Assembly (NCBI GenBank): GCA_963783375.1
Contig: CAWANH010000029.1
Coordinates: 1,248,001 to 1,312,000 of the forward strand
Origin: Candidatus Eiseniibacteriota bacterium
GTDB taxonomy: Bacteria > Eisenbacteria > RBG-16-71-46 > JABDJR01
Length of the DNA: 64,000 bases
Reading direction: 5' to 3'
Below, piece after piece: positions 60,480-64,000 of the stretch. The position numbers and the translations under genes were made by a program. How positions within the stretch are numbered: the first letter of the stretch is position 1; every line of letters starts with the position of its first letter. Below the pieces are notes generated by a model, which saw nothing but the letters and a program-made list of their open reading frames with translations, did no database searches and was not told the origin of the DNA.

Positions 60480-62745
60480 GCGCCGCCTCCCGCATGCCGA
60501 TGCCGGTCTCGAGCTCGGGGTGGAAGACGCGCTGTTCGCCGCCCTCCAGCGCCGCCTCGCCCCCGGCCATCTGCCACTGGTACTTGACCCGGCCGTGGTA
60601 GACCCCGGTGAGAACGTGGGTGAAGGCATCGCGGATCTTGGCCAGGTTCGCCATGGTGAGCCCGCACTCGTCGAGCTGGCCGTCGGAGATCCTGGCCTCG
60701 AAGAGGCGCGCCAGCACCGCACGGATCCGGTTCGGCGTGTGCTCGTCCAGGGACCGCACGGTGGCCTCGGCGGCGTCCGCCAGCATGACGATCGCCGTTT
60801 CCTTGGACTGCGGCCGGGGTCCGGGATAGCGGTAATCCCGCTCGTCCACTTCCGGATCCAGCTCCAGCGCCTTGTTATAGAAGTACTGCATCAGGGTCGT
60901 GCCCTGGTGCTCCGGAATGAAGGCCGCCACCCGGTTGGGAAGCCCCACCTCCCGCGCCACCTCGAGTCCCTCTCGCACATGGGATTCCAGGATGAGGCTG
61001 GACATGGTGGGGGTGAGCTTCTCGTGGGGATTACGCATCCCCTTGTGCATGTTCTCCCCGAAGTAGCCCGACTTGGCGATCTTTCCGATGTCGTGGTAGT
61101 AGCCCCCTACCCGGGCCAGGAGCGGGTTGGCCCCCACCGCCTCCGCCGCCGCCTCGCCCAGCGATCCCACCACCATGCTGTGGTGGTAGGTGCCGTTGGC
61201 CTCGATCATCATTCGCTTGAAGATCGGCCGGTTGAGGTCGGAGAGTTCCAGGAGGGTGATGTTCGATGCGAGATGGAAGACCCGCTCGAAGAGAGGTAGC
61301 AGGAACATGGCCACCGCGATCGAGAACGCGGCGTTGGCGCTGGTCCAACCCATCTCGGTCAGGATGCTGGAGCCCGGAACCCCCGACCCCACCAGGGTGA
61401 TTCCGGTGAGGATGGCCGCCATGCCCACCCCGATGGGGATGATCGAGCGCAGGAACTCCAGCCGCTGGAACACGCTTCGGACCGCGTAGACCGCGATCAC
61501 CCCGCCCACCGCGCCCACCAGGGTCACCGGCAGCCCCCACCCGGTGACCGACCCGATGATCACCGAGAGCGCGGCCACCACCGCCAGCCCCACGATCTCC
61601 CCGATCAGCAGGGTGACCAGGACCGCGGCCATGGGAATAGGGACCATGAAGGGATGGAGATCGGGGGCCCGGGCCACCACGCCTCCCAGCCCCAGGGTCA
61701 GGATCGACACGATGGCCACCACGGTCAGGAGTCCGAGGTCGTCCCAGACCTCGCGACGCGCGGTGCGGAGGAACATGACGAACAGGGTCACCACCACCGC
61801 CAGGAGGAGCAATCGACCCAGCAGCGGCAACAACCAGCTCACCAAGCCGCCTCCCGCCCCCCGCTCCACCAGGGTCTGACGCAACGCCTCCAGGATCCGC
61901 ACGGTGTCGCGGGTGATGCGCTCGTGGGCGTCCACGATCCGCTCCCCCTTCTGGATGGACGTGCGGTTCGGCGAAACCGAGGCCCGGGCCACCACCCGGT
62001 CGGCATCGGTGGCCGCCGGATCGTAGCTCAGGTTGGGCCGGGCGACCGCCCGCACCAGATCGGTCAGTGCGGTGCCTCCCGCCGGCCCCAGCGCTCCCGT
62101 TCCCCGCTCCGAAGTCAACGAGGCAAGCCGTCGCGGATCGAGGATGTCGGTGGTGGAGACCACCTCCTCTCCTTGACCGGTGCTCAATCGGATCCGGTTG
62201 TATCCGTCCAGGAGCCCCGCGTCCTCCGCGCCCACCAGCCCCCGCCGGTGGACTTCGGTCAGCACGCGGGCTCCCTCGCGGATCAACACCGCCCCCGAGT
62301 CCGCCGCGGCCAGCATCCGGATCGTCGCCGGGGATAGGGCCACTCCCGCCGAGTCCAGGAACCGGTTCACGCGGGCGCGGTTTCGGCGAATCCTGCCCAG
62401 GCGCGCAAGCCCGCGCTCGTCCGCCGAAGCCCCGGTCTCGCGGGTGAACACCGGGAGGACGGATTCCGCAGCCCTGGCCCGCTCCCGCTCCACCTCGTCC
62501 TGGGCCTTCGGCACTTCGAAGGTGAACGGCGCGATGATCTCTTCGGGCGCCACCGTCCCTTCCAGGTAGGTGGGCGGCATCGTGCTCACCGAAAGCGGAA
62601 AGGCGAACACGGTGGCGGCAAGGATCAAGGCGCCCAGGAGTGCCCGGACCAGGATCCGCGTGCGCAGACTGGTGGGGCGTCTCTCGTGGGCGAGTTGAAC
62701 CCGGCGCCGGCGGCGCCGGAACGGAAGATGTGGGGAGAACGCCAT
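60430..62745 (-). CDS. 7TM-HD (HDIG) phosphohydrolase, PgpH-like
   Basis: Extracellular domain plus 7 TM; GTYHHS, YYHDIGK, F.EN, HQGT, YPGPRP.SKE, MLADAAEA. Confidence 0.9.
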   Translation of the reverse strand: MAFSPHLPFRRRRRRVQLAHERRPTSLRTRILVRALLGALILAATVFAFPLSVSTMPPTYLEGTVAPEEIIAPFTFEVPKAQDEVERERARAAESVLPVFTRETGASADERGLARLGRIRRNRARVNRFLDSAGVALSPATIRMLAAADSGAVLIREGARVLTEVHRRGLVGAEDAGLLDGYNRIRLSTGQGEEVVSTTDILDPRRLASLTSERGTGALGPAGGTALTDLVRAVARPNLSYDPAATDADRVVARASVSPNRTSIQKGERIVDAHERITRDTVRILEALRQTLVERGAGGGLVSWLLPLLGRLLLLAVVVTLFVMFLRTARREVWDDLGLLTVVAIVSILTLGLGGVVARAPDLHPFMVPIPMAAVLVTLLIGEIVGLAVVAALSVIIGSVTGWGLPVTLVGAVGGVIAVYAVRSVFQRLEFLRSIIPIGVGMAAILTGITLVGSGVPGSSILTEMGWTSANAAFSIAVAMFLLPLFERVFHLASNITLLELSDLNRPIFKRMMIEANGTYHHSMVVGSLGEAAAEAVGANPLLARVGGYYHDIGKIAKSGYFGENMHKGMRNPHEKLTPTMSSLILESHVREGLEVAREVGLPNRVAAFIPEHQGTTLMQYFYNKALELDPEVDERDYRYPGPRPQSKETAIVMLADAAEATVRSLDEHTPNRIRAVLARLFEARISDGQLDECGLTMANLAKIRDAFTHVLTGVYHGRVKYQWQMAGGEAALEGGEQRVFHPELETGIGMREAAHGFARPSETAGSTDRG

Positions 62746-62746
62746 C

Positions 62747-63733
62747 TCAGGCCGGCTCCTTCCGGTCCCCGGAGCCGTTCTCCGCGGCCTCGTAGATCTC
62801 GAACGCCTCCAGGATGGCCCTCACCAGGCGATGCCGGACCACGTCCCGGGGATGGAACTGCACGAAGGAAATCCCCTCGGTGTCCCGGAGGATCTCCCTC
62901 ACCCGCACCAGGCCGCTATCCGCCGGATCGACGAGATCCACCTGGGTCACGTCGCCGGTGATGACCGCGCGCGACCGGGCCCCCAGCCGGGTGAGGAACA
63001 TCTTCATCTGCTTCAGGGTGGTGTTCTGGGCCTCGTCCAGGACCACGAAGGCCCGCGACAGCGTCCGCCCCCGCATGTAGGCCAGGGGAGCGATCTCCAG
63101 CACCCCCAGATCCTGGTAGCGCTTGATCTTCTCGAACGGGATGAAATCGCGGAGCGCGTCGTAGAGGGGGCGCAGATAGGGGTCGATCTTCTCCTCGAAG
63201 GTGCCGGGCAGAAAACCCAGCTTCTCTCCCGCCTCCACCGCGGGGCGGGTGAGGATGATGCGCTCGACCTTGCGGGCCTTGAGGGCCTGGACGGCCATGG
63301 CCACCGCGAGATAGGTCTTCCCGGTTCCCGCGGGGCCGATCCCGAACACCACGTCGTGGGCCCGGATGGCCTCCACGTAGTCGATCTGACCCTTGGACTT
63401 GAGATGCACCCGGCCCCGCTCGAAGACCAGCTCCTCACCCCGGGACTGGGAGACCGCATCCGGCCCCTCCTCGGCCACCAGTGCGGTCAGGTAGTCCACG
63501 TCGCGGCGATCCACGACCTGGCCCCCGGCCACGCGCTCCGCCAGCTCGCGCACCACCCGGGCCGCGTGTTCGACGTTGGGGAGAGGGCCGGAGAGGCTCA
63601 GGGTCTGGCCCTTGAGGACCGAGGACACCTGAAATTGCTCCTCGAGGTGACGGAGGGTGGTGTCCTTCTCCCCGAACAGGGCCAAGGGTTCGATTCGGCT
63701 CAGATCGACGTTGACCGTATTCGCTCTGTCCAT
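62747..63733 (-). CDS. PhoH family ATPase
   Basis: GPAGTGKTYLA, RPAVEAGEKLGFLPG, APLAYMRGRTL, DEAQN, GDVTQVDL, DVVRH. Confidence 0.95.
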   Translation of the reverse strand: MDRANTVNVDLSRIEPLALFGEKDTTLRHLEEQFQVSSVLKGQTLSLSGPLPNVEHAARVVRELAERVAGGQVVDRRDVDYLTALVAEEGPDAVSQSRGEELVFERGRVHLKSKGQIDYVEAIRAHDVVFGIGPAGTGKTYLAVAMAVQALKARKVERIILTRPAVEAGEKLGFLPGTFEEKIDPYLRPLYDALRDFIPFEKIKRYQDLGVLEIAPLAYMRGRTLSRAFVVLDEAQNTTLKQMKMFLTRLGARSRAVITGDVTQVDLVDPADSGLVRVREILRDTEGISFVQFHPRDVVRHRLVRAILEAFEIYEAAENGSGDRKEPA

Positions 63734-63789
63734 GGTGCGGGGCTTCACGGACCCTGGGGTCCACCGTCCCCTGATTCATCCCTCCATGC

Positions 63790-63863
63790 TGGCTGGGGAG
63801 CAAGGGCTCGAACCTTGATTCTCGGCTCCAAAGGCCGATGTCCTACCGTTGGACGACTCCCCA
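63790..63863 (-). tRNA. tRNA-Gln(TTG)
   Basis: TGGGGAGTCGTCCAACGGTAGGACATCGGCCTTTGGAGCCGAGAATCAAGGTTCGAGCCCTTGCTCCCCAGCCA: cloverleaf, anticodon loop CTTTGGA, GTTCGA T-loop, CCA end. Confidence 0.96.
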
Positions 63864-64000
63864 CCGACGTGCGGGGGGCGGCGGCGGGCTCGACCCCGGC
63901 CGTCCAACGCTCCCGGCGCGCCGGGATTGCCCCCAAGAAATCCGCCCCAAAAATCAAATGGGTCCCCGCCGGAACCCACGACTAGACGCTACCATCGACC

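Noticed and set aside
63790-63863. tRNA as an integration site for an island
   Set aside because: No integrase or duplicated tRNA 3' end was seen; downstream genes are housekeeping

Overview
Very GC-rich bacterial DNA from a diderm organism. Lipoproteins, an outer-membrane beta-barrel and a FlgD-Ig/T9SS-type C-terminal domain suggest an FCB-associated lineage such as Eisenbacteria or Krumholzibacteriota (inference only). Contents in order: (1) 1-21.7 kb, a Wzx/Wzy-type surface polysaccharide locus (WecA/TagO-like transferase, Wzx, GT4s, an O-antigen ligase/Wzy-GT4 fusion, two Wzz-like proteins, SLBB export protein, methyltransferase, Wzi-like protein, a putative glycolipid cassette, wecB, rfbB, ugd). 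(2) 21.9-45.5 kb, a Bacillus-order pyrimidine cluster (pyrR-B-C-carA-carB...pyrK-D...pyrF) with a recognisable PyrR attenuator. It is interrupted by cargo genes (large FlgD-CTD protein, DUF4350-like, PNGase F-like, a repeat-rich TPR lipoprotein, a GNAT, a histone-like/DUF1232 fusion) and by two intergenic repeat mosaics. (3) 45.8-50.4 kb, three lipoproteins (two NHL paralogs, one frameshifted) and a Tat-signal aldo-keto reductase homolog with a degenerate catalytic tetrad. (4) 50.4-64 kb, housekeeping genes (glyS, glyQ, eda, recO, DUF502, two CBS/CorC proteins, ybeY, 7TM-HD hydrolase, phoH, tRNA-Gln) with an orphan MEMO1-like gene. The most notable non-coding observation is one structured ~170-nt element present twice in opposite orientations (~25.2 kb and ~42.1 kb). 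The copies share 49/61 identical core bases, show compensatory stem changes, and each sits beside a tandem-repeat array. All product calls come from motif recognition by eye, not database searches.
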